Shown: piece after piece, positions 28,513 to 36,731 of the stretch
Position numbering within the stretch: the stretch's first letter is position 1
Layout: every line of letters begins with the position of its first letter
Origin: Candidatus Nomurabacteria bacterium
GTDB lineage: Bacteria > Patescibacteriota > Saccharimonadia > Saccharimonadales > Saccharimonadaceae
DNA: 64,000 nt
Assembly (NCBI GenBank): GCA_031257295.1
Contig: JAIROX010000006.1
Span: 15,392-79,391, forward strand
Direction of reading: 5' to 3'
Notes under the pieces: generated by a model
The model's input: the letters and a program-made list of their open reading frames with translations, nothing else
Databases searched by the model: none
Told to the model about the DNA's origin: nothing
Position numbers and translations under genes: made by a program

Positions 28513-28555
28513 AAAACGCCCAGAGCGCCGTCAACGCAAAGGGCGTTTTTGTTTT
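28513..28555. terminator. strong terminator (works for the + unit; also lies downstream of the converging flavodoxin gene)
   Basis: AAAACGCCC (28513-28521) pairs with GGGCGTTTT (28541-28549). TTTTTGTTTT follows on the + strand. Confidence 0.8.
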
Positions 28556-28564
28556 ATCACAAGC

Positions 28565-28978
28565 CTAACTCTCAAATTCTTTAATAATTCCCGCCGCCCA
28601 ACTACGAGCATCCTCACGCTGTCCAGCGCTAGGCTTCGACTTATGGCTTAGGCCCATTTTGGCCAGATAAACATCATCAAAAAACTTAATGCCTTTTAAC
28701 CCCAGAGCTTTAGTAATGGCCTTAACCGGTGTACGACTTAGCCCAGACGTACCAAACACCGCTACGTAACCAACCTTATCAGAGTCTAGGTTATTGATAA
28801 ATTCTACCAAGCTATCATCGAGTTTAAACCCATAAACCGCGCCACCCAAAAATAACAGGTCCGCACCCTCAAACGGCTCAGTCACGCTGTGCGCTTTCAC
28901 GCCCGCCACCTCGGCCACAGTTTCGGCAATCGTCTTAGTATTGCCACCCCTGCTTTGATAGTAAACTTCTATATCCAC
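28565..28978 (-). CDS. short-chain flavodoxin
   Basis: 137 aa. The N-terminal FMN phosphate loop is YYQSRGGNTKTIAE, and the pattern of an alpha/beta fold follows. Confidence 0.85.
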   Translation of the reverse strand: MDIEVYYQSRGGNTKTIAETVAEVAGVKAHSVTEPFEGADLLFLGGAVYGFKLDDSLVEFINNLDSDKVGYVAVFGTSGLSRTPVKAITKALGLKGIKFFDDVYLAKMGLSHKSKPSAGQREDARSWAAGIIKEFES

Positions 28979-28987
28979 GCTCGCTCC

Positions 28988-29464
28988 TTACTTGTTCTGT
29001 AGGATAACTAGCTCCACGCCAGCACCTACGAACAGATCTTTTGACTCCGTACTTTCATGGTAATCGTCTTTAACAATAACTCGCTTGATACCAGAATTGA
29101 CAATCACCATAGCGCAATCACGACATGGGCACATTCCACAATAAAGTGTACCGCCATCAATACCTATGCCATTTTTTGCAGCTTGTAAAATAGCGTTAAC
29201 TTCGGCGTGCACTGTGCGCTTACAATGGATACTAACATGACCGTCGGAGTGTTTAACCTCTTTGATTAGACAACCCACCTCATCACACTGGGCGGCACCA
29301 CGTGGCGCACCAGCATAACCAGTCGAGAGCAGCACGTTATCGCGTGCGATCACACAACCGGGCTTGCCCCTGAGACAAGTGCTACGTTTACCAACCGCCT
29401 CCACAATGTTTAAAAAATATTCATCCCAACCTGGGCGAGTTTGCTTGGTTTCTTTCGCTACCAT
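28988..29464 (-). CDS. deoxycytidylate (dCMP) deaminase
   Basis: Zinc motifs VHAEVNAI and PCRDCA; 158 aa. Confidence 0.9.
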   Translation of the reverse strand: MVAKETKQTRPGWDEYFLNIVEAVGKRSTCLRGKPGCVIARDNVLLSTGYAGAPRGAAQCDEVGCLIKEVKHSDGHVSIHCKRTVHAEVNAILQAAKNGIGIDGGTLYCGMCPCRDCAMVIVNSGIKRVIVKDDYHESTESKDLFVGAGVELVILQNK

Positions 29465-29475
29465 TTCGTCACTCC

Positions 29476-30495
29476 TTATACTACTAACATACTATCACCA
29501 TAGCTGAGAAATTTATAGTCATGGACTAGCGCATACTCGTAGGCTGGCTTTAGCTTGCTCCAGCCCGCAAAGGCGGCTGTGAGCATGAGTACTGTCGATT
29601 TTGGCGCGTGAAAGTTGGTTAACAACACGTCGACAACCTTGAAATCGTAGCCAGGATAGATGAATATGTCGGCCTCGCCAGTCGTAAGGCCTTGCGGCAA
29701 GGCGTATTCTAGTGTGCGCGCTACTGTCGTGCCAACTGCTACTACTCGACCGCCAGCGGACTTAGCCTGGGCGATTGCCGTGATAGTGCCGTCGGGAATT
29801 GTAAAATACTCCGCATGCATTTTGTGGCTCTCGATTGTCTCAACGCGGATGGGCAAGAATGTGCCCAGTCCAACATGCAAAGTGAGATGGCGGACCTTTA
29901 CACCTTTGATTTTCAACTTTGCAATGGTTTCCTTGGTCATATTAAGACTAGCTGTTGGCGCCGCCGCCGAGCCAGCTTGGTCGGCAAAAACCGTTTGGTA
30001 ACGCTCCACGTCCGCCGGTGTAGCGTCGCGGTTCATATAGGGAGGCAGAGGAGGCGAACCATACTCTTCAGTTAGCATCAGCAGGTCAGTGTTCGAAGCA
30101 ATGATCGCTAAGCCATCACCCAAAACCCCTTCTACCACAAGTTCCGCCGACCGCAGGTCTGCAAGCCGCAACTTATCGCCAGCCTTTAGCGACCCACGAT
30201 ACATCACCCTGTGCCTGCGCCAATCGTCATCGCCAGCGTGACGTTCTAATATAACAATCTCACGTCCAACACCATTCATCTTCACAACCTTGAGCCGCGA
30301 CTTCATGACGCGCGTGTCATTCAGCACCACCACATCACCAGCCTGCAAAAACTCTGGCAAGTCGCCATAGTGCCTATCTTGCAGCTCGCCGGTCACATGG
30401 TCTACCACCAACAGCCGCGACGCACCGCGCACCTTGGGCGGGTGAGTAGCAATCACCGAATCTGGCAAGTCGTAATTAAAATCAGACACTTTCAT
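29476..30495 (-). CDS. queA: S-adenosylmethionine:tRNA ribosyltransferase-isomerase
   Basis: MKVSDFNYDLPDSVIATHPPKVRGASRLLVV and LHVGLGTF motifs. TGaTACTAT (30511-30503 on the minus strand) lies 7 nt upstream of ATG 30495. The track start at 30504 falls inside that -10 element. Confidence 0.93.
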   Translation of the reverse strand: MKVSDFNYDLPDSVIATHPPKVRGASRLLVVDHVTGELQDRHYGDLPEFLQAGDVVVLNDTRVMKSRLKVVKMNGVGREIVILERHAGDDDWRRHRVMYRGSLKAGDKLRLADLRSAELVVEGVLGDGLAIIASNTDLLMLTEEYGSPPLPPYMNRDATPADVERYQTVFADQAGSAAAPTASLNMTKETIAKLKIKGVKVRHLTLHVGLGTFLPIRVETIESHKMHAEYFTIPDGTITAIAQAKSAGGRVVAVGTTVARTLEYALPQGLTTGEADIFIYPGYDFKVVDVLLTNFHAPKSTVLMLTAAFAGWSKLKPAYEYALVHDYKFLSYGDSMLVV

Positions 30496-30559
30496 TACAA
30501 TCATAGTATCAAATCTGTATCCATGTTAAAATGACGGCAGTAGTTAAAAGAGGGTAGTC

Positions 30560-31240
30560 ATGATAAAGAAAGTTATATTCACGCTGCTAACCGTCGCGCT
30601 CGTGGCCGTTGGCGGGCAATCGTTGGTTTACGCCGCGGGACCTTACGACGATTATGCTTTGGCGGACGGCACCGTGACCGATATTCAACCTTGGTCGTCG
30701 ATGTCTGATATTAAGAAAATCTGTAAAATATCGTACGACGTTACTATCGACGGTCAAGATTACAGCGGCAAAAACGACAATGAAAGCGATTTTTGCTATC
30801 TCGCTATCGGCGATACGGTCAAGATTAAATACTTAAAGTCAGATCCTAGAAAACACGAGATTGCAAAAGAGTTTGAGATCAACCAGATCAATGATACGAA
30901 TAAGAATAGTAGCCCGAATTCGTTATTCTTTGCAATACCTTTCGGCGTAGTGTTTGTGTCTGTGGCTGTGTTCTTGTTTATTATCTTTAATATAGTGCGC
31001 GCATCGCGCTTCGTTGGCAAGAAGTTGTCCGACAATGACGGTGACGGACTACTGTACGACGACAAGCCCGCCACTGCCGAGCAAAAGAAACTCGTCGAAG
31101 AAGGCTTCCGCAAACTGGGCGTGTATCACGACGTTAAAAAGAAAATGACCCGCTCTCAAGCCCGCGAAACCCTGCGCGAAATTGACAAGCAGTTAAGCCG
31201 TAAAACCCATGTGCGCAAAGGCATCAAAAATGACCAGTGA
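30560..31240 (+). CDS. membrane protein (DUF3592-like N-terminal half)
   Basis: Signal or TM segment, a small beta domain (GTVTDIQPW...YDVTIDGQDYSG...GDTVKIKYLKSDPRKHE), a second TM segment and a charged helical tail. The family guess comes from the pattern only. Confidence 0.65.
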   Translation: MIKKVIFTLLTVALVAVGGQSLVYAAGPYDDYALADGTVTDIQPWSSMSDIKKICKISYDVTIDGQDYSGKNDNESDFCYLAIGDTVKIKYLKSDPRKHEIAKEFEINQINDTNKNSSPNSLFFAIPFGVVFVSVAVFLFIIFNIVRASRFVGKKLSDNDGDGLLYDDKPATAEQKKLVEEGFRKLGVYHDVKKKMTRSQARETLREIDKQLSRKTHVRKGIKNDQ

Positions 31241-31964
31241 CGCCAAAGAGATCATCTCGGTTAAAAACTTTCGCATGATTTTTGGCGACAAGGAAGTTAT
31301 TAAAGAATTGAGTTTCGACGTTAAAAAAGGTGAAATTTTCGGATTGCTGGGCAGCAACGGCAGTGGCAAAACCACCACAATTCGTGCGTTGCTTGGACTA
31401 TACCAACCAACTGGCGGTGAATTACTAGTAAACGGCAAGAAATTTAGCCCCGAGCAGGGCACGGTGGTTGGCTACCTGCCCGAAGAGCGCGGGCTATACA
31501 CCAAAGAAACCGTGCTTGACGTCATGATCTATTTCGGTAAGTTACGCGGACTCGCCAACCCAAAAGCTTGGTCGCTAAAGTACCTAGAACGCGTTGGGCT
31601 AGTCGACAAAACCAAGGAAAAAATCGGCAGGCTCAGCAGCGGCCAACAGCAAAAAGTTCAGCTTGGTATCACTATCATGGGCGAACCGAAGCTGCTGATT
31701 CTAGACGAGCCCACCAAAGGCTTCGACCCAGTCAACCGCCGACTACTGATGGAGATAATCGACGAAACACACAAAAAAGGCGCCACGATCTTGATGATTA
31801 CGCACTATATGGATGAGGTGGAACGCCTATGTGACCGCGCATTACTGCTCAAAGATGGTGCAGCCCGAGCTTATGGCACCATCGCTGCTATCAAAAAACA
31901 ATTCAACAGCCACAACTTAGACGATATTTTTGTACAGATTTACGGGGAGGATGACGATGTATAA
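31230..31964 (+). CDS. ABC transporter ATP-binding protein (ABC-2 type)
   Basis: Walker A GSNGSGKTT, signature LSSGQQQKVQLG, Walker B LLILDEPTKGFD. ATG 31230 gives the usual N-terminal spacing to Walker A. Confidence 0.9.
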   Translation: MTSDAKEIISVKNFRMIFGDKEVIKELSFDVKKGEIFGLLGSNGSGKTTTIRALLGLYQPTGGELLVNGKKFSPEQGTVVGYLPEERGLYTKETVLDVMIYFGKLRGLANPKAWSLKYLERVGLVDKTKEKIGRLSSGQQQKVQLGITIMGEPKLLILDEPTKGFDPVNRRLLMEIIDETHKKGATILMITHYMDEVERLCDRALLLKDGAARAYGTIAAIKKQFNSHNLDDIFVQIYGEDDDV

Positions 31965-33180
31965 CCTCAGTAATGTGGTCAAGTTCGAGATCATTCGTAC
32001 ACTCAAAAAACCATCTTTTTGGGTTGCGGCCATATTATTACCATTGCTGCTGGTTGGTTATGTTGGCATTTCGGGCATGATGGGCTATAACGCCAACAAA
32101 GCTATTGAAGAAGCCGGCGACATATCCGGCAAAAAAGTCGCCATCACTGACGACACAGGCTTGGTCGAGCTGCCAAAAGATAGTCATATCAGCATAATTA
32201 AAGATAAATCAATCGGGCTCAGCAAAGTTAAACAGGGTAAGATCGACATTTATTACTATGTACCTAAGGATCTTTCGAACGAACATCCAGCCGAAGTTTA
32301 CACCAACACCGATTCCAGCTCCATTTTCGAGAACTACGACAACGGGCTTCGTAGTTTACTGATGGCTTCGGCACTTGGCCACACCACGCCAGTCGACGCC
32401 CTGGTTCTCAGCAACACTTATCAAATAAAAACCACCAACTTTGACCAGAATGGTGAAGATAAGAATACTCTCGGGAAACTTACCATACCGATCATCACGC
32501 TGGCTATCTTTTATGTCCTGGTCTGCATGTTTGGCAACCGCCTAATGATGTCGACCATCGAAGAAAAGGAAAATCGCATCAGCGAGATGATATTAACTAG
32601 TATCAAAAGCCGCACGTTAATTATCGGTAAAATCATCTCACTAATAACACTAGGGTTTCTGCAGATTTTGATACTATCCATCCCGATTATCGTTGGCTAC
32701 CTCAACGCAAAGAGTATAGCCGTCGGCGGGCTAAATGTTGGCGATATTCTACCACACATCGTGTTTGACCCAGCGACAATCACCCTGAGTGTCTTGTTGC
32801 TGATTTCTAGCTACATATTATTCACCGGGCTATGTGTCACCATCGGCACGCTCGTGCCATCGGCTAAAGAGGCCAGCAACTATATGGCGGTAGTAATGAT
32901 TCTGGTAATCCTACCACTATTCTTCCTCAATTCGTTCATTGGACAGGCGCCTGATACCATGACATATATACTAAGCTATTTCCCATTTACGGCACCGATT
33001 TCGCTGCTATTACGCGGAGCATTTGGCACCTTACCACCACTTGATGCGGTCATTGGTATCGCGATAATTTCCATATCGGCCGCATTAGTTATAGCTCTAG
33101 CTATCAAGATTTTTCGCTCTAGCGCCGTCGAATATACTTCAAAAGTTAATATTCTGCGCGTGCTTAGAGGCGATAAGTAA
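31957..33180 (+). CDS. ABC-2 family permease
   Basis: TM1, an extracytoplasmic domain of about 150 aa, then 5 TM helices. The gene is translationally coupled to the ATPase gene. The GGGGAGG SD is at 31944-31950. ATG 31951 is an alternative start. Confidence 0.8.
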   Translation: MYNLSNVVKFEIIRTLKKPSFWVAAILLPLLLVGYVGISGMMGYNANKAIEEAGDISGKKVAITDDTGLVELPKDSHISIIKDKSIGLSKVKQGKIDIYYYVPKDLSNEHPAEVYTNTDSSSIFENYDNGLRSLLMASALGHTTPVDALVLSNTYQIKTTNFDQNGEDKNTLGKLTIPIITLAIFYVLVCMFGNRLMMSTIEEKENRISEMILTSIKSRTLIIGKIISLITLGFLQILILSIPIIVGYLNAKSIAVGGLNVGDILPHIVFDPATITLSVLLLISSYILFTGLCVTIGTLVPSAKEASNYMAVVMILVILPLFFLNSFIGQAPDTMTYILSYFPFTAPISLLLRGAFGTLPPLDAVIGIAIISISAALVIALAIKIFRSSAVEYTSKVNILRVLRGDK

Positions 33181-33986
33181 TGACAAAGAAAAGGCGCAAG
33201 GTCAATCGAAAAACCATTGCCATAGTTATACTATCGGCCGTTATCCTAGCTTTGCTCACCGCGCTATCGATCGTTTTTGGCGACGATCTGTTTGAGCTAT
33301 TTAACAACGCCAGCGCCGTTAAAGACTTTGTGAGCTCAACAGGTGCTTTTGGCCCACTTGTTTATGTTTTACTGCAAGTTGTTCAAGTAGTAGTCGCACC
33401 CATTCCGGGGCAGGTGGTAGGTATTATTGGCGGTTATCTATTTGGTTGGTGGGGCTTTTTGCTCAGCATGATTGGCGGATGTCTTGGTTACTACATCATC
33501 TTTAGGATCTCACGTCGTTTTGGACGCCCATTAATTGAGAAGGTCTTCAAAAAAGAACAGGTCAAAAAATTCGACTATGTGACTGAGTCAAACGGCCCGC
33601 TGCTACTATTCCTGATTTTTCTGTTACCAGCGTTTCCAGACGATATGATCTGCTACCTAGCAGGGCTTACCAAAGCACCTATCAAAAATCTCATGCTAGC
33701 TGCCGTGTTTGGGCGTATACCAGGATTCTTAGTCGCCAACTTAGCCGGTATGGGTCTGGGCACCAACAACCTAAGCCTTATCGTTGTTACCGCCATCGGT
33801 ACACTTATCGCAATAGGTATCGGTTACTGGCAACGTGACTGGTTAAACCGTTTCGTACGCAGCCACGATTACATCACATTTATAAAAGAGAACTGGAAGC
33901 TTGGACCCATTAAAACTATGTTGGTCTTTGTAGCCATCCTCGCGCTATTTATCGTGTCCTGCCTGTTCGCCTTTAGCAACTTCTGA
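33180..33986 (+). CDS. TVP38/TMEM64 (DedA-related) family membrane protein
   Basis: VAPIPGQVVGIIGGYLFGWWGFLLSMIGGCLG and LPAFPDDMICYLAGLT motifs. Confidence 0.82.
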   Translation: MTKKRRKVNRKTIAIVILSAVILALLTALSIVFGDDLFELFNNASAVKDFVSSTGAFGPLVYVLLQVVQVVVAPIPGQVVGIIGGYLFGWWGFLLSMIGGCLGYYIIFRISRRFGRPLIEKVFKKEQVKKFDYVTESNGPLLLFLIFLLPAFPDDMICYLAGLTKAPIKNLMLAAVFGRIPGFLVANLAGMGLGTNNLSLIVVTAIGTLIAIGIGYWQRDWLNRFVRSHDYITFIKENWKLGPIKTMLVFVAILALFIVSCLFAFSNF

Positions 33987-33990
33987 TACA

Positions 33991-36519
33991 ATGGCGTTAA
34001 TGCTTATATTTGATCAAACAGAGGGTGAGCTTTTTGATCAGTTTAAGTCCTCCTCGCGAGGCTTAAACTCTGATGAGGCCAAGCAACGGCTCGAAAAGTA
34101 CGGCCGCAATATACTAAAGATTAAGACTGAACCACTTTGGCGGCGGCTCCTAGAACCATTTATGGATATTTTCATGGTTGTGCTGGTTATTGCTGGAGTG
34201 CTCAGTATCGTTGAGGGTAACACTATAGATGCTACCATTGTGTTTGTAATTATTTTTATAAACGCACTGATTGATTACATCCAACAATTTTCAACCGAAC
34301 GGATTTTGCGCTCACTCAAAAAAGTTGCTAGCCAGCAAGTCTCAGTTATGCGCGACGGCAAAAGTGTCGTGGTGGATTCTAGCGAGCTGGTGCCGGGTGA
34401 TATAGTATTGCTGGCTGAAGGTGACAAGGTGCCAGCCGATGGCCGTATTATTGCGGCCAGCGAGCCACGTGCCGATGAATCAATCCTGACAGGCGAATCT
34501 GAGCTAGTCAATAAGAGCGCTAAAATCCTAACCGGCATCAAAGAGATTTACGAACAAAGCAATATGTTGTTTTCAGGCACATTTCTTATCAGTGGCAACG
34601 TGCGCCTGCTCGTAGTACGCACTGGCAACAATACTGAATTTGGCAAAATTGCCGACCTTGCCACTCAAACTTTCAGCATCAGCCCAGTGCAAGCCAAGAT
34701 AGCCAAACTAGTCAAACAAATGGCGATTGCCATGGGTATCATCTCGATAGTAGCATTTGTGATGTCGCTAGCTAGTGGGATTGAGCTATTTGATAGCCTA
34801 GAGTTTGTCATAGCCCTGGCAGTATCCGCCGTACCTGAAGGCCTACCGATTGCCATATCAATCATTTTGGCACTTGGTATGCGTCGTATGGCCGCCAGGA
34901 AAGCCCTTGTTACCAATATGCGCGCCATTGAGACTATCGGAGTTATCACTACTATAGCCACCGACAAAACTGGTACACTAACGCAAAACAAACTAACCGT
35001 GCAGAGTTACTGGAGCCCAGGCGATAAAAACGATACGCTGAGGCGCGCAGTAGTTCAGGCCTTGATTGACCCAGAGTCTTCACATGACCCGCTCGACATG
35101 GCATTTCTAGATTTTGCAAGGCCGCAGAGCCGCACGCCAAGTGGCACGGCGCCACTAAATTCTTTTGCATTCAAACAAGAGCTAGCCATGAGCGGCAACA
35201 CATGGCACGATGGTCACAAGTTCAAACTGGTGATCAAAGGCGCGCCAGAGAAAGTTTTAGACGTCTGTAAACTAGCAAAGTCCGTGCAAAAAGAAGCGCT
35301 CGAGCAGCTTAGCAAGTATACCCATGAGGGCCAGCGCGTTATAGCTATCGCTGAAGTCATACTCGACAAAGAGCCGGTGTCTCTTGAGTCTGGTATAAAA
35401 GGTAAAGGCCTAAGCTTCATCGGCCTGGTTGCAGTGGCTGATCAGATCCGCCGCGAGTCTAGTAGTGCTGTTAAGCAGGCCAAAGCGGCTGGCGTAAGCG
35501 TGCGCATGATAACTGGCGACCATTTTGAAACCGCCTACCAAATCGGTAGAAAAATCGGCATTGTCGACAGTCGTGATCAAGTGTTCGATTGCAGTAAGTT
35601 GGGGTTGCTAGACGAGGCCGAGCTTGACGAAACTATTAACAAAGCTTTCGTGTTTTCGCGCGTTACCCCAGAAGCAAAATTAAAAATCTTATCTGTGCTC
35701 AAAAAAGACCACATTACAGCTATGACCGGCGATGGCGTAAACGACGTACCTGCTCTAGCCGGTGCTAATGTTGGCATCGCCATGGGCAGCGGTTCCTACA
35801 TTGCCCGTGACGCCGGCGATATTGTACTGCTAGATGACAATTTTAAGAGCATTATAACCGCCATGAAAGAGGGCAGAGTGATTGTAGCCAATATTCGCCG
35901 CATGTTGTTCTACTTGATATCCACCAACGTTGGCGAGGTTTTGACTATGTTGGGAGCACTGCTGCTTAGCTCATCTTTGCCATTAGCACCAGTACAGATA
36001 CTCTGGATCAACATCGTGACAGACACTTTCTTTATCATACCGCTTGGGCTTGAACCTGCTGAAGACAACGTCATGCAAAAGCCGCCCGAGAGCCCAGACG
36101 CACCAATCCTAGACAGACACACGGTTGTACGCATGGTGTTAGTAGCTGTCACGGTTGCCGCCATCACACTGTTTGTTTATCTATATTTCAGCTCAAAGCT
36201 TGGTGTAGCGGCGGCTGGTACATTAGCCTTTATGGCGCTAGCTATCACACAGTGGTCAAATGCCTTCAACGCCCGCAGCTCCTACCAGTCGGTATTTACT
36301 CGCTTGAAAGTCATGAACGGCAAGTTCTACATCTGCTTGGCCTTAGCCGCGATCTTCCAGTTTGCCGTGCTGTTTGAGCCACTCAAAAACTGGATGCATG
36401 TAACAACTGTGCCGGTTAAAGAACTGCTCTTCGTCGTAGCCATCTCGTTCACCGTGCCTATTGTAGTAGTTGAGTTGCATAAGCTTTTTGTGCGGATATT
36501 TAACAAGAAAAACCCTTAG
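33991..36519 (+). CDS. P-type cation-transporting ATPase (type II, Ca/Mg-like)
   Basis: TGES, the phosphorylation site DKTGTLT, and TGDGVNDVPAL. There are about 10 TM helices. TGaTACAAT (33984-33992) overlaps the first ATG, so ATG 34000 (7 nt downstream) may be the leaderless start. Confidence 0.93.
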   Translation: MALMLIFDQTEGELFDQFKSSSRGLNSDEAKQRLEKYGRNILKIKTEPLWRRLLEPFMDIFMVVLVIAGVLSIVEGNTIDATIVFVIIFINALIDYIQQFSTERILRSLKKVASQQVSVMRDGKSVVVDSSELVPGDIVLLAEGDKVPADGRIIAASEPRADESILTGESELVNKSAKILTGIKEIYEQSNMLFSGTFLISGNVRLLVVRTGNNTEFGKIADLATQTFSISPVQAKIAKLVKQMAIAMGIISIVAFVMSLASGIELFDSLEFVIALAVSAVPEGLPIAISIILALGMRRMAARKALVTNMRAIETIGVITTIATDKTGTLTQNKLTVQSYWSPGDKNDTLRRAVVQALIDPESSHDPLDMAFLDFARPQSRTPSGTAPLNSFAFKQELAMSGNTWHDGHKFKLVIKGAPEKVLDVCKLAKSVQKEALEQLSKYTHEGQRVIAIAEVILDKEPVSLESGIKGKGLSFIGLVAVADQIRRESSSAVKQAKAAGVSVRMITGDHFETAYQIGRKIGIVDSRDQVFDCSKLGLLDEAELDETINKAFVFSRVTPEAKLKILSVLKKDHITAMTGDGVNDVPALAGANVGIAMGSGSYIARDAGDIVLLDDNFKSIITAMKEGRVIVANIRRMLFYLISTNVGEVLTMLGALLLSSSLPLAPVQILWINIVTDTFFIIPLGLEPAEDNVMQKPPESPDAPILDRHTVVRMVLVAVTVAAITLFVYLYFSSKLGVAAAGTLAFMALAITQWSNAFNARSSYQSVFTRLKVMNGKFYICLALAAIFQFAVLFEPLKNWMHVTTVPVKELLFVVAISFTVPIVVVELHKLFVRIFNKKNP

Positions 36520-36605
36520 TATTTTTAACAACATTGTGGATAAGTCCTAAATCAACAGATGGAAACTGTTGCAAAAGAGTTAGTAAATTTTACAATGAAA
36601 AACTA

Positions 36606-36690
36606 TTGACATAACCATATATAGCGGCTTATAATTATTCCCACACACCATATATAGCGTTTGTGACAAGCAGGACACTATATATAGCGT
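36606..36690 (+). promoter_or_regulatory. nrdDG promoter with three NrdR-box-like operators
   Basis: TTGACA (36606-36611), 18-nt spacer, TATAAT (36630-36635). The boxes are CCATATATAGCGG (36615-36627), CACCATATATAGCGT (36646-36660) and ACACTATATATAGCGT (36675-36690). The TATATAGCG cores start at 36618, 36651 and 36681. They match the published NrdR palindrome acaCwAtATaTwGtgt. Confidence 0.75.
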
Positions 36691-36731
36691 AAGAAGTTAA
36701 AAATAAAAACAATACATTTTGAGGAGGTGTA

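Larger units (their letters stand above)
28230..28555 (+). ncRNA. candidate structured RNA of unknown class (~325 nt) carrying a 15-codon ORF
   Basis: Bounded by the consensus promoter and a strong terminator. There is no sense ORF of 60 aa or more. A long-range 9-bp helix pairs 28311-28319 with 28495-28503. Local hairpins are 28343-28346/28354-28357, 28336-28340/28381-28385 and 28468-28473/28488-28493. An alternative 8-bp helix (28414-28421/28492-28499) competes with the long-range helix. Confidence 0.5.

Noticed and set aside
28325-28534. 69-aa minus-strand ORF inside the candidate RNA locus
   Set aside because: Its TTG start lies inside the terminator hairpin, and it has no SD. The + strand carries the consensus promoter and terminator.
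28224-28555. Identity of the candidate RNA as tmRNA, RNase P RNA, SRP RNA or a tRNA-like element (note GCCACCA at 28341-28347)
   Set aside because: There is no GGGG...UUCGA tRNA-like 5' and 3' pairing or T-arm next to the GCCACCA. There is no GAGGAAAGUCC (P4) motif and no GGAAGCAGC SRP domain IV motif. The class is left open rather than forced.
30505-30559. preQ1 riboswitch upstream of queA (and 21037-21065 upstream of tgt)
   Set aside because: The intergenic regions are only 55 and 29 nt long. They hold divergent promoter elements. No hairpin plus A-rich tail matching the preQ1 classes was seen.
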